DNA of 64,000 nucleotides from Acanthaster planci (lineage: Eukaryota): positions 2,178,932 through 2,242,931 of the forward strand of contig NW_019091356.1 in NCBI RefSeq assembly GCF_001949145.1, given 5' to 3'. Below the pieces are notes generated by a model, which saw only the letters and a list, made by a program, of their open reading frames with translations, made no database searches and was not told the origin of the DNA. Below, piece after piece: positions 35,601 through 47,994 of this stretch. Made by a program: the position numbers and the translations under genes. How positions within the stretch are numbered: the stretch's first letter is position 1; each line of letters starts with the position of its first letter.

Positions 35601-38600
35601 GGTCGTCAAGACTCATAAGCCAGGACCTGTGTCTCCTAAGCCTCGAGGAAAGAAATCTGGAGAACTCGGTGAGAGCTGTTATGCTCCGAAAATGCAACTA
35701 CGCAACTCAGGTTGTTTCAACAGTAGGCCCTATGTTCTTCGCTGATGTAGATTTAACACTTCTGTGTCTACGGTAACTTGTCTTCTTTTTCTACAGCCTT
35801 TGTAAGGCTTCATGCTTGTCCTGTGAATCAAACGCTCTGCTAATACGCTTCAAAGCCGAAGTGTTAATTGGAAGAACTTTTCATTCTGGACAGGTCATGA
35901 TGTCATTTCGACACCTTTTCTCCAGTATTTAGTATAGATAGATAGAGACAAAAACCCTCATACGAACTACCCGTGCTTGCTATGGTGGGGAAAATATTAC
36001 AGCTTATAACCGCCCAGTTATAGAGGCTATCCGTTCCGTTGGCTCGTATGTATACATACTAGCCGTAGTCAGATAATTCGGACGTGGCCACGGCTTGAAT
36101 TCGAGCATCTTTCTACCTGTGCAGGTGACTCAACTTTTTTTGACGAAATTCCGGGAGTAATTCAACCCATCGAGCGCAGTTTACCCGCAGGACGACCACC
36201 AAATTAGTTTAGTACAGGATTTCACGTCTGACTTCAGCCCCAGGACAACGTGCTAACGAACAGTTCGACACTCGATTATCGGCTACTCGATCCTTGGCTC
36301 GTACCTTTTCGGCATTCCCCGTTGGCCTGCATCGATACCATCGGGTTGTCACAGGCGGCGTTATCGAGCCGGCAGAGGTTGTCGTACGTCACGCCATCCG
36401 ATCCGCAGACCGGCTCGTAGGCGTTGCCGCACGGACGCTTGCATCCTGCATTTCGGGTGCAGGAAAAAGTGGGAAGAGAAACCATTCAAAGTCAGTTAAG
36501 TGGTTACGCCCTCTGAGTGGTACTCAGTGAATAGCAAAAGCCCCACCGCACCCCCAGGCTGGAGATAGCTAATTTTCCACTTTGTAATTAACTCCCCCAT
36601 CCCTCTAAACCCATCCAATGAACTCCCTACTCCACCCACTTTACTTCTTTGCCGCAAAACGTTTTCTCTACAACAAAACGGGGTTTGAGGTTCCTTTTCA
36701 CCGAGGTCAAGGGTCTATATTACTGAAATGCTTTGCGATAATGATTAGCTAAATACACCAAGTCAGCTACAGTGTTTGGATAAAATTGCATTTGGCCCGT
36801 GATTGGTGCCTTTCTGTTTCTGAAGTCTTCTCGGTGTATTCTGTGACCAGCTGCGCATGCTGCACAGCTCTGGTTTCACCGTGATGTCGGGTCTCACCTC
36901 GGCATGGTCCGTTCCTGACGCGATACAAGCTTCGGTCCTGACATCGCCTGTTTTCTAGCTTGCACTGATTCTTGTATGTTTTCCCGTCAGAACCGCAAAC
37001 GGGGCTCTCCCTCTTAGGACACCTCCTCGTACATCCTAAGGGGGGTAAATAATTGGGCACAAAATCCGATGGGATTAATGGTAAATAACATACGTAATTG
37101 AATGTTCCTTGATAGTTATCTTGAGCCATTTCTGGTTATGACACCAAGGATTCCCTCAAAGGCGCCCTGTGGCTCGCAAGCCTGAAGAAACCTGTAAAAC
37201 AGTCACAGTTTCAGAGGTGGGAGGAAAACCTCAGAGGAATATTCAGGGTAAAACCCATGAAATCAGGTAGGGACTGAAAACCCAATTTACATGTGGACTG
37301 GGGCCGGGAATCGAACCCGGACCGCAGAGGTGGAAGGCCAGGGAAGAACCACCACGCCAACACGACTCCCCAACTGACTCCTGGCTTTTCATATATTTCA
37401 AGCATTGCTTGCGTTTTGCAGTCCAGCAGCTCTGTCAAAAGCGGCAAGAAATAAGCATGATAGTTTTTTACACAATTTTCCAGGTGAGTACCGTAGTTGG
37501 TTCAAAGCCGCCAGTTTGAATGGTAGCCTATGGTTTTACTTCTTCAAATAATGCATTACTTTGAAAAGCCAGCACTTTGTGACTTGCTCATTGCAAAGAA
37601 AAAGAAAAAAGAAGTCTCATTAATATGCCGTTTACCCGCCAATGTGTTTTGCCCCGAGGCATTCCGTGTGCTGAATCAGCATACTTTCTGTGATTTTTTT
37701 CTGGTTAAATTAGACCACTAACAGCAAATCAATAACAAAGTCTCAGGACAAAGGGAAACAAACGGTTAGCCACCTCAGGTCTACGCATTCCTGACCAAAG
37801 AAATTGTTGGAATCGTCTTTTACTAGGGACGCAGGACCCAGCTTAAATTGGAGAACGCAACAGAGAATGCCCCTTCCCATACGTTCCGTCACCTGGGCAC
37901 GTATGTTCATGCCTTATAGAGACAACGTTCATTATAAGCGCGCATGCGCTCTTCATTTTTACGCAGACAACAACGGTTTTTCGTGCTCTCAGACGACGTT
38001 GTAGCGCAGAATTTTTCAACGACCGACCTCGTAAAATACCAAAGTGAAGAAGCATAAATAACCTTTTGGAGGATCTAACCACGACACCACAAACAACACA
38101 CAATTTTCCTCCATTACTGATGTTTTTAAATAAGAGTAAATATCAGAACAGTATAAAAAAGTGGATTTTACGGACCCTTTACAACACTGAAAAAATCGAA
38201 ACTGCAAAATGTTGCACTAATTTCATTAATGAATTTTTAATACAATGTAAATTTTCTGAGACAAAGATTTCGCCCCAAATTAAAGATTCATCCTTAATTT
38301 CAGACATTTTTTTTGAATCCGCCGGATAAATTTTTCATTAGTAAGTCATTTTAAATCACCCCAAAAAAATCGTATCGATCCGACGGTGCACGAAAATTCA
38401 AAGCCATTTTGTAAATTGTATCCATTTTCATTACCAAACTGGTATATCCAACATGATTTTCTGTTAGATTGTACCGATTTGGTAGGTACTGATACTAGTT
38501 TTTAAGGTAGAATCGTTAAATTAGTGACGTTTCCTGTTCCTCACTTTAACTGCTGTGAANNNNNNNNNNNNNNNNNNNNNNNNNNNNNNNNNNNNNNNNN

Positions 38601-41600
38601 NNNNNNNNNNNNNNNNNNNNNNNNNNNNNNNNNNNNNNNNNNNNNNNNNNNNNNNNNNNNNNNNNNNNNNNNNNNNNNNNNNNNNNNNNNNNNNNNNNNN
38701 NNNNNNNNNNNNNNNNNNNNNNNNNNNNNNNNNNNNNNNNNNNNNNNCATTTCTTGCTGGGTATAGCTGTGAACACTGACTAGTGCGGTACCGAGACGTC
38801 AAAGTCGTCGCGTCCGCCCCAGCACGTACATGTACATGTACGTGTCTCGCACATACAATGTAAACACGCATACACGACTGCACTTGACCCGTGACTCTCT
38901 GTTGCAAGAATGTTACTCAGACGTCTGCCTTTACAAGAGTATGGTGCAAGAGTGTCCTCTTTTTTTGTGTGAAAAGTTTGACAAAGCAATAATTCCTGAC
39001 TCTAAGAAATAAGTTTTATAGGACAATTTTTTTTAGATGAAACGTGATGTATTTTTCCATCACAAAATATCTGGATTCACACAATTGGCGCGAAAATTTG
39101 GTTTAAATGCAACTTATTTTTCAAAATATTTTATCCGGCGGATTCCTAGTTTTTGAGTGCAATCGATTAAGACAGTCATTTAGTTTATAAGAATCTAGTT
39201 TTTATAACCAAAAACTCATTTTTAATAGATATTGATCAAATTTCGCAACACTCTTTTTTCCGGTGAATTTTTGGGTTTAATACTTAAAACCACATTGTTC
39301 ATTCCTTTTTTGAGGCAGGGCACAATATCGATGCTACTGAAAAATAAAACAGTTAATGTAATTTGGATATGTCATGAAAAAAAATCATTATTTATGCTCC
39401 GTTTCGTGGAAATCCATTGACAAAGATGACGCCTCATTTTGTAATTATAGCGCGCGAAAACATAGTCTGTTGCTATTTCGTCATGCCTGTGTAAATCTTG
39501 CGCACGCGCACTTTGGTAATGAGAGCCATGAACATATACGTGTGGGCACAGCCCCTCTTGCAATCAAGACATTTCACAGAATACTAGTATTACCCTCCTC
39601 CAGTTCAACCAACCCCTTTTGAGACGCCCATTTACAAAATCAAGGGCCAACGAGTTTTCATCAGAAGCCGTTTTCAAAAGCAGTTACACTCTCCGTGAAT
39701 TATTGCAACTTTCTGTTTTTTCCCGGGAGTATCCATTATCGCGTTTCCCTCGAAAGCTCCTACATTCTATTAATAGCGAGAGGCAATCTGCGGGGACATG
39801 CCTGGGAGGGTTGAGGGGAAATCTAGAGACTGTAGAAGGAAGTTTGTATGCTAGTGTAAAGTTCAGAGTTTTGCTCTGGAAACATGACTTGAAATCGAAC
39901 AGCTTCACCAAGTCATACGAAAAAAAAATATTTATAGTTTGGATGCAAGTATTGCTGAATTAGTGATAGGCCTTATTCACGGGAGGCCATTTTGATAATG
40001 TTCCCAGAATCCTATCTTATTCAAAGGAATCTGTCAAATGGGGCAGGGCCAGACTTTTTTTGTTTTCCAAGCCTCACTTTCGTTTTTGAAATGTGGCTTC
40101 GAAAAGTATTTAGATATTCTAAATTATTAATCAAAAACCTCGTCATCAGCGTAAATGACATCCATTTGTTTCAAGGTCAAAAATAAAGACCTCACTAAAC
40201 ACTCCAAAAGAGTAGAAACCATTTCGAAAAAAAGTGAACATCACACCAAAAGGGGAGCCATCCATGGGACAAACACCGGTATTTTTCGAGTTGTCCTTTA
40301 CACCGCTCATTGGCAAAGTAAAACATTCAATCTTTTTGAGAGCATTTTACTCTTTTAGAGTTGTTTTTACTCGTTTTAAAGTGATTTCACTGTTTTGGAG
40401 TGGTTTCATAAGTTACTCTTTCTTTGAGTCGGCTTTTCACTCTTTTGCCTTGAGAGAGAGTGTGCTCGGCTTTGAATTCGGTTGGGTCGACTGGGTTTCA
40501 CCACTGTCCCAGTGTGTGATGCGGTGTTACATGTGGTCATTGTGACTGCCAACCGGAATAACGCAGGGAGCAGTAGACGCTGCTATATCAGCTGCAACCG
40601 CTCACCATCGGAGATTTAGGTTGAGCAGCAACACATACGTGTAATAAGGGGTTGTGAAGGAAGTCACTTGAGAGGGTGCAGTACATGTAACCACGGAGTT
40701 CTCCACGTATTGAGTATCGGGAAGGCACGCTGCAGTACCTATCTGGCCCTCAATGTGCCCTACATCTGCGAATGACCCCTGCACATCGGATCCCTACCTA
40801 AAACCACTTGACCTCCGTGGGAATATAGAGCTAGTTTTTAAATCGTATTTTCAGAATTTTGAAGGTTTTTTATTTTCCTAAAATGTTCACAGAAGTCTTG
40901 TGCAAAACTTGATTCGTTGTCATCACTGTCATAAAATTACTTTTTAATAATACGGCTTAGTGCTTGACAACTGCACATGATGGCCTGGCTGATGTACATG
41001 TATACTTTCAACTTGAAGTTGTTTCCAGGAAGAGAAGCTTATTTTTATTGGAAATGGCACGACGAATTCCGTTAATATTTTATAACTTTTAACCGGCCCA
41101 TCAAGAGGTGGGCTATGTATTCGCCAATTTCAACATGCTTTGCAGAAAAGATTAAACATTAAAAAGTAGATAGAAGGATTTTGCTATCTACCGGCCGACT
41201 CTGCTTCCATACGGTAAGCTGGGGCGGATCCAGACATTTTGGGGGCGGGGGTTAGATTTTTGAAATGTTCTACCCTTGTAGACAAGTAGAAATGATGATG
41301 AAACATTTGATATACATGCCATATTTACAATCGTATTGGTGCACTTACTTTAGTTATTTCTATGATTTTCCCCATTTTCCCCCATTTGGGGGGGGGGTGT
41401 CTCAGAGCGGGTCGCCCCCTAAACTCTCCTGGATCCGCGACCGATAAGGTTAGCTCGTTTATGCGTGTTGCCATGTTCAGTCCTGAGTTGACTCTCTGCC
41501 CAGCTTTGGCATGCTATAAACTGGGTGTAACGAAGCATCACCACCAAAATATCGGACAACAGACATAAAAGTGGAAGTTCTTTGTGGTTTTCAAAATGGC

Positions 41601-41879
41601 ACGGCTTGCCCAATGCCCATCTCTTTCAGAACAAGGTTACACTCATTTGTCACTGAATTCTTTCAGAATTAATATTGAACCTTTGATTTTCCCGACGAAG
41701 AGGAGTATTTTGTGGGTAAAATGACGTTAATACTCCCGACACGGCTTCATCTTCGCATGAAGCTTTATAAAAAATAACACCACTTTAGAAATTTACTTAC
41801 TTTGTGCGAAAGCGTTTGTCAAGATAATGCAGAGCACTGTCCACCGAAGCAGATTCGACCGAGTTGGCACCACGGACAT
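23700..41879 (-). CDS. Secreted modular protein 'C': signal peptide + Kazal-Kazal-D-Kazal-(D)x9, where D is an unassigned ~140-aa four-Cys domain; 1769 aa
   Basis: 16 exons totalling 5310 nt in frame: 41879-41801 (MSVVPTRSNLLRWTVLCIILTNAFAQ), 37035-36898 (Kazal), 36445-36305 (Kazal), 34170-33748 (D1), 32627-32472 (Kazal), 32342-32087+31259-31057 (D2), 30692-30234 (D3), 29987-29502 (D4), 29361-28735 (D5), 28374-27895 (D6), 27390-27146+26790-26574 (D7), 26099-25596 (D8), 25157-24705 (D9), 24142-23700 (D10, TGA). All junctions are GT-AG. The N gap in intron 1 could hide additional sequence. Confidence 0.85.
25214..25500 (+). mobile_element. tRNA-derived SINE (family shared with 37128-37371)
   Basis: A-box-like tggtgtaatg, B-box gggttcaattccc, body ...cttgcgagctacag...cccttggtgtcattaccagaa and a (taa/tta) tail. 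Confidence 0.8.
29177..29317 (-). repeat. Coding 21-bp tandem repeat encoding (GG[Q/H]GGG[M/T/A]) heptads
   Basis: GGDT-GGQGGGM-GGQGGGT-GGQGGGM-GGHGGGT-GGHGGGA-GNQGGGG-H. Confidence 0.9.
32472..32627 (-). other. Kazal domain 3 of gene C (P1 = Glu)
   Basis: CRYECPESGHVVCGSDGETYSTECALDNERRCGEDPESYLLTRKHYGPC. Confidence 0.85.
36305..36445 (-). other. Kazal domain 2 of gene C (P1 = Asn)
   Basis: CKRPCGNAYEPVCGSDGVTYDNLCRLDNAACDNPMVSMQANGEC. Confidence 0.9.
36898..37035 (-). other. Kazal domain 1 of gene C (P1 = Lys)
   Basis: CTRRCPKRESPVCGSDGKTYKNQCKLENRRCQDRSLYRVRNGPC. Confidence 0.9.
37128..37371 (-). mobile_element. tRNA-derived SINE (family shared with 25214-25500)
   Basis: Reverse complement reads ggggagtcgtgttggcgtggtgg...ccttccacctctgcggtccgggttcgattcccgg...cttgcgagccacag...ccttggtgtcataaccagaa. 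Confidence 0.8.
37880..39560. mobile_element. Long degenerate foldback/long-TIR element spanning the assembly gap
   Basis: Mirrored motifs in matching order on both sides of the gap: cacgtat..gttcatg, gcgc..gcgc, ttttcg.gc.ct, agcataaata and an exact gaatccgccggataaa (~38316 versus reverse complement ~39130-39145). Confidence 0.55.
38560..38747. other. Assembly gap (188 N)
   Basis: Run of n characters. Confidence 0.99.
41221..41442. mobile_element. Degenerate MITE
   Basis: TIRs ggggcggatccag / ctggatccgcgacc with G- and C-rich subterminal tracts. Confidence 0.6.
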
Positions 41880-41985
41880 TTCTGATACAAGATTCTGAAA
41901 CGTCTGCGCGGTAAAACCAATCTCCACAAGTTTTCCAGCGAAGTCTTAGACCCACTACTTGGCCTCTGTGCGTCGAGACGTGTGG

Positions 41986-41995
41986 TTTTTATATA
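41986..41995 (-). promoter_or_regulatory. TATA box of gene C
   Basis: Minus-strand TATATAAAAA ~110 bp upstream of the signal-peptide ATG at 41879. Confidence 0.55.
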
Positions 41996-44900
41996 TGCAT
42001 CGCGGTTCCACCGTCAGGAACACTCGGTGGTGAGCGAGTCAGGGAGGGAAATGTAAGGACCCAATTGTCTTGGGAAGATATTTTTCCCCCGTCACACCCA
42101 AGGCGGCGCCCGACCGTTAAAACGAACCTGATTCGATCAACAACTCCCACGAGGGCTAGGGCAGAAGGTTAACCGACAAAATCTGCGGCCCTTAAGTCCT
42201 CAGAGATGCTGGTTCCTGCCGATTGCGAGCAGTCAGCAGTCCCTGCCTTGGCACGCGTTCAACTTCACTCTTTACCGAAGGAGCCATCGCCCTTTGCCTC
42301 AGCCATCGTTCGTCTTCTGCGTGTAGTCAAATTCCCAGCGGTGCATGAAAAGTTTGAGGAATTGTAACTCGCCGAGAAAACAAGCGACCACGGCGACGTA
42401 ACTCTCGGTCAAGAAGCTGTGGGGATTGCTTTTCCAGAGCAAAGTTCTGAGAATAGAAATGAATCTACATGATTATGTAGCCACATCATTACAGATAATT
42501 TTGATAACCTGTCCGCCGGTTTTCTTGGCAGTGATGAGGATGATTTAGAGCTGACTTTTCAGTCTTGGGGTTTGTTTCATGTGAGGTCCCGTTTGACAGA
42601 CGGTAAGCGACCCCGTCTGTCGAGTGGATTACTTTATGACCATAGTGGATAAGATCAAGCTTGGGAAGTGATGTCACTAATTCACGAGAATTTGAACTTC
42701 AAAAAATTGGTTGTGTTTGTAGTTACAAAGTCATGGAGGCACTAATCCTTCTACATGGCTTTCGTTGCCTGCACTGTACTGTAATTCTTTACATATTGCA
42801 CAGACGCTGAAACGACGCACGCCCTCTGTGCCGACCGAATGATGAGCTTAGTCACGACTTTGAAGTTGATTCTCACAATATTTAGTTTCCTGCGTTTCAT
42901 TGTTTGGGTGAATGCTGCAGAGAAACGGCAAGTTGGAAAACAACCCTCCTGGGTTTCCCATGTAGTATCTTTCTTCAAATTTTAAGGCCTAAATCCTAAA
43001 AGAGCCAGCCGGGGCGAATTCCGTTCATGTAATTTTTTTTTAATGTTTTAGCCTGTCATTGCGGGGCCTTTGAAAGTGCTTTTCAATTTACCAGCTTCAA
43101 TATCGATATGTAAACTTCAATATTAGGTCATGCAAACAAAAGACTGAATATTTTAGTCATAGTTGTTGTGTAACCGTGTGTGTTTTTTTGTTTTTTTGTT
43201 TGTTTGTTTTTTGTAGCCTGCGACTTCTAATCCGGCAGGATTGGCTGTTTCGATCGTGTAGTTACCATTGTTTTCTATTTTCAGGTATGCCAACCTTGTT
43301 TGATTTTTTGTCCCGTCATCTGTCAAATGCAAACGTAGCCCGATTTCATTCTCCGAAGTCGATCAATAAGTTTATTGTCTTTCTCTTTGTCACAAGAGGG
43401 GATTTAAATGTTTCAACATTCGTTTTGGTATTACGTCCTGACACATGGCAACAAATAAATGACTGAAAAACAATGCAGACGAAGCTTGACAGGCAGACCT
43501 CAGCTCCGTCTGGCAGATGGCGGGTGATCCACAGCGCGTGGGAGTTCCAAGGTTTGTCGACACGCGAGTTGCGCGGCTTTACATTCTCTGCATGTACCAG
43601 ACATATACATTTGGCAGAGAACGAACAACAAAATTTGCAAGTCAATCATTTCAAAAACTTTCTCGAATCTCTCATGCAGGTTTGAAGAATATTTTTCAGA
43701 ATAGTGCTCAGAAATATTTTCATGTCAAGCAGAACGTCAAGAAAAAACATTACATGTACAAAATGATGTGCGAAGAAGCGTTTGGCAGAAAATAAAACGG
43801 TAATGATGGGGATGAGGTTGAGGTAAGGGTTGACGAGAGGACTCTGGGAACATTCCTAAAGCGGAGACACTCCGTGTGCAGAACCTTGACGTGTTCAACC
43901 GTTCGTAAGTGACTTTGCCATACACGCTCACACACCACAGACTATAAACAGAATCCCATTGGATTAACGCTCAAGCTGCGCGTTAACTTCCGGTTCCATG
44001 GCATGGTTCCATGTAATATTAACCCTGGTGCAATGGGCGTAGCTTAACTGAAGTGACTTCACACTTGACTCTGTCTGGTATTCATTTAGCAGTTGTCCAA
44101 GTATGACGTCACAAGTCACAGGTCATCATCGAACACACATCGTTTACTACCTTGTACCTATCGACGAGGTGGCCTGATTGTGGCATAAATTGTGCATCAC
44201 CGAAGCATTTTACGTGTAGATAAGAGAGTCTGTGCTGGACTGAGTAGAGTTGATCAGAGAAGATCATAAATGAAAGCTGAGAGCGATGTCGCCGCCATGT
44301 TAACTTGCTCTCATTGTGTTCAATATGTCACAGAGAAAAAGCTAAATAGGTGAGATACAAGCTTTTGTGCACTGTGTGAATAAAGTATACGAAGCAGTTT
44401 AATTTTGAACAGGCAAAGTCATGAAATGGGTGCGGTTCTCACGAAATTTCATTGGCATCAGAAGCAGTATGCAAATTTATTGATTACCCTTTAACCATAT
44501 GGACAGATAGGCCTAAGAAATTACCTTTATCCTTGAAGAAAAAACGGCTTGTGTGTACCTCATAAAAGTTCATTGCAAAAGAATAATTTTGTATTTCAGT
44601 ATTTTGTTCAAATTCAATAATAATAACAAAAGTTTTCCTGTAAGGACCTAATAAAAGCTAACACAAAACTCTGTATTCTTCTAAATGTTCTATCCATTTC
44701 GATTAACTGCACTGATCTGAAAATTTCAAAATAGCCCCAACGGAAAACGGAAAATGCTAAAAATCAACCATCAGGTTCAAAGCAGAATAACGAATTATAG
44801 AAATAAATTCAAAATTACTTCCCCTACCCCAGAAAACCCCAATCCGTTTAAGAAAATACAGTTTCATATAGGTTAATGTTTGCCCAACTGTAGATGAACA

Positions 44901-45901
44901 GCCAATCTCGTTTTGGTTGATTTGGAATATTGTGTAATTTTTAAGAAATTTACCAAAAGTAACAATTATTTCTACTGGAAGGCTACGAAAAGCATATACC
45001 TCTAAAATGGGTACCTGATCCGACCAACCACCGCTGTTAACAAACGAGGACTGTACAGACAAATATCTCTGTGATCGGAACAGGGCCGGCGTAATTGGAT
45101 TGCCCAATCAAGACCATGTTGAAGAGAGCTTTTGTCCTTAAATGTGGTAAACTTCTTGGCTACAAATTTTGGCAGTAATTTTAATAACCTTTCAAAATTT
45201 AACTTTCCCATCAGGAAAGAACCTAAAAAAATATATTCCCTCTGGGATTTGACCCAAGAACGCCCACCCACTACACTCATCCTCTTCCCTCTATGCTGCA
45301 CTACACAAGCCAAGTCATCGAATTCCCCCCCTTCTTTTGCATCAACGATCCCATAAAATGACACTGAAGCTGTTAGGAAGTTCAGGTAATATAGGACCCC
45401 ATTCCGAACAGGGGTATTTCTCTGCCCCGTCTTTTATCAGCGGTAGTGAGTCGGATCGGATGCACCGCAAATTATATCAATTTACTGCCCAAGACCTCCT
45501 CTAGGAACTACTGAAGTTATGACAATGATTGTGCTGCTAGGGTTGTCGCTCCGTCTCTGTCGTTCAAATGGCTGCCCCGACCTTAGGGCCATCTTGGATC
45601 TAAAATTCCTGTTGGATTTGATTACAAAACACACAAACGTCAGTTTGAGTTCGATAAAAAGATTGTCCGTTACGTGGTGATGCTGATTACCGCGGTGACC
45701 ATTTTTGGGAAGGCCCTTTCGAAGGTCCACAGTGGTTTATGTATGTTCGGCGCAAATAACATCTGTGTTTAACTCGTTTAAAATCGAATGTGGATCCATC
45801 GCAACGTTTTAAAGGTTCCCGAAACACCTAGAAGATTTTCAATGTACACAATGTGGTATATTTCAACTGCTGAAATTTTAGCGAAGAACGACTGAAAAGA
45901 T

Positions 45902-47878
45902 TCATTTTTGCGGGGGGGTGTTTTTGTTTACCTCACAAGTGTGCATCAGCTTGCAACCTCCAATACTGCTTGAGAGATCATAGTCTGGATTGGGGCTATC
46001 TCCTTTACCGAAAGTGAAGCAGAAGTAGCGATACTGATCGACTCCGCAGCCGACCTGCGTCTTGTCGTACGTCAGGGTCGCCCGAAAGCTGAGTTTCTCG
46101 CCGTTGACCAAATTCGTGCTGCTCTGCTCCGATGACAGGATGTCCATCTTGTCCAGGGAATCCGCAGCGTTGGGGTCGTCCTCCTTTGTCCAGCCTACTT
46201 CGAGCTTCCACAGGCCCGTTCCTTCCAGGTTTTGACGGGAGGAGTCGTGGAAAGCCACGGTAAAGTCGAGGGTATCACCGTTCAGGCTCCATGAGTAACT
46301 GCTGAAGGAAACGAGCTTTTCGTCGTCTAGACTTATCAGAAAAGAAGAAAAGTGTCTTATCAAGCTGACAAAATTACAAGATTAAATCACTGACATTACT
46401 GCATATCGCTCATACAAGATACGATACGGCAAACAATTTTGTCAAGACGGTGACGGAAAAAAAGCGTTAGTTCAAATCTTCACTGGAAACGACGCGGCCT
46501 TACCTGCAAGGCATGTGGTACCCATCAGAATGCACTTTTCGAAGCTGTTATACAAGTCGAACGAGGGGTCGGGCTTGTCGCCCTTGGAGAACGACACACA
46601 GATGTACTTGTAGTCGGATTCGCAGCCCCCCAGCTTCGACAACTGGAAGGAGAGGGTAGTGTCGAACGTCAAGGTCTCCTCTGCCACGACGTTCTGATCC
46701 TGTTCGGCCTGGTCCAAGGCTTGTTCCTGATAGGCTTGCACTCCGGTCGTGTTCGAAGGGTCGTCCTTCTGGCTCACGAAGACGCCCATCTTCCACAATC
46801 CCGTCCCAATCAGGTCCGTGTCGTTGTCCCTTGCTGTCAGGGTGACAGAGATCTTGTCGGGATATGAGAGGCCGACAGTGAGATGGTAGGTAAAGATCAC
46901 CGTTTCTGTTTGGGGGAGTAAATTTCTCGAAATTAAAGCTAAGCAAAATCATCCGTTTTAGACTGTTAACATTCGTTTAAGAGCTTGTTCACATGAAGTA
47001 TCATCACTACTTCGACTGGAAACGTACAGGTTAAATATTCATTTTCCCGACGTAGACTCGCCCTCCAGTTTGCTCTACAGATGCCCACGCACATTTTTTT
47101 GATACACCTGTGTTATGCAAACTCTAACTAGACGACATTAACTTAGGTGGCATCATAGGCCTAATGGAGATCAATGGTGGTACTTCACTCACACGCACAT
47201 TCTTAAGCTTGACGCGAGCGTGCATTTGGCAAATCACGACACCTTTCCATATGTACATTTTTTGGTGCGTTGCGTACATGATGCATTCATGGGTTTTTTA
47301 CTTTCGCCGACACTAACATCGACTTCACTGACAGAACATAAGTGTGCGTTGCGTTCGGCCGTCCAAATCGCCCCGGGAGCGATTTTGACGCAACGCTTGG
47401 CGCAAGTGTCGGCGTGCATAATGGGAATGAAAAAAGCGGCATTGCGTGGGAGAGGCATGGAACGCGCGCGAACCACCCGTCCACGAGTGTGACGTCATTT
47501 TGAAAATTGAAAGAATGAGTGCAAACGAACAGAGTACGTGCACGTGACGTATTCCATTCGGTGCTCTTTAGTCTTCATTATGAACCAACGTCATGGGTTG
47601 TAAGTGTTTCACAGTCTCGCCGGTTTGGCCAATTTGTAAAACTCCCACTTAGTCAATATTGTTTTGATGATCACGATTGTCTTATCTCCTCTCGCAATTG
47701 TTTTAGTTCAGCGCTCAGCGTTTAGAAATTTTACACCCATAAAGTCTTTCTTTCCGTAGCAGGCTGGTCGCAGCTCTGCCACAAGGCGGAAAGTACTTCT
47801 AAACAAACCTGAAGTCGCGGTTGCCGGCATGACTGCTCTCATCAGAAGCAAGACGAGTAGTGAAACTAAACGAGTCAT
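45902..47878 (-). CDS. Secreted protein 'B': signal peptide + 2 copies of the same four-Cys D domain; ~298 aa
   Basis: Exons 47878-47809 (MTRLVSLLVLLLMRAVMPATATS, phase-1 donor), 46905-46504 and 46326-45902 (TGA), total 897 nt. Motifs GTGLWK...C...Y.CxxFxKGDxPxPxFDL...C...C. The 3' end is ambiguous: a phase-0 donor at 45931 could splice to an acceptor near 45608 and end in EF*. Confidence 0.8.
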
Positions 47879-47985
47879 GTTGTTTTTTCAGGTTGACTAC
47901 TTCTCGAAGAATGACAGCTTCGTCGAGGTTTCTGAACAAACTTTGCTTACGAGTCCAGATGTGGTTGATTCCAGCCCGTGCAGGA

Positions 47986-47994
47986 TTTTATATA
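47986..47994 (-). promoter_or_regulatory. TATA box of gene B
   Basis: Minus-strand TATATAAAA ~110 bp upstream of the ATG at 47878. Confidence 0.55.

Noticed and set aside
38521..38907. ORFs spanning the N run
   Set aside because: These are artefacts of translating the assembly gap.
40602..40800. Possible coding exon in intron 1 of gene C
   Set aside because: Phase-1 readings from the nearby acceptors hit stop codons, and there is no Kazal or module motif.
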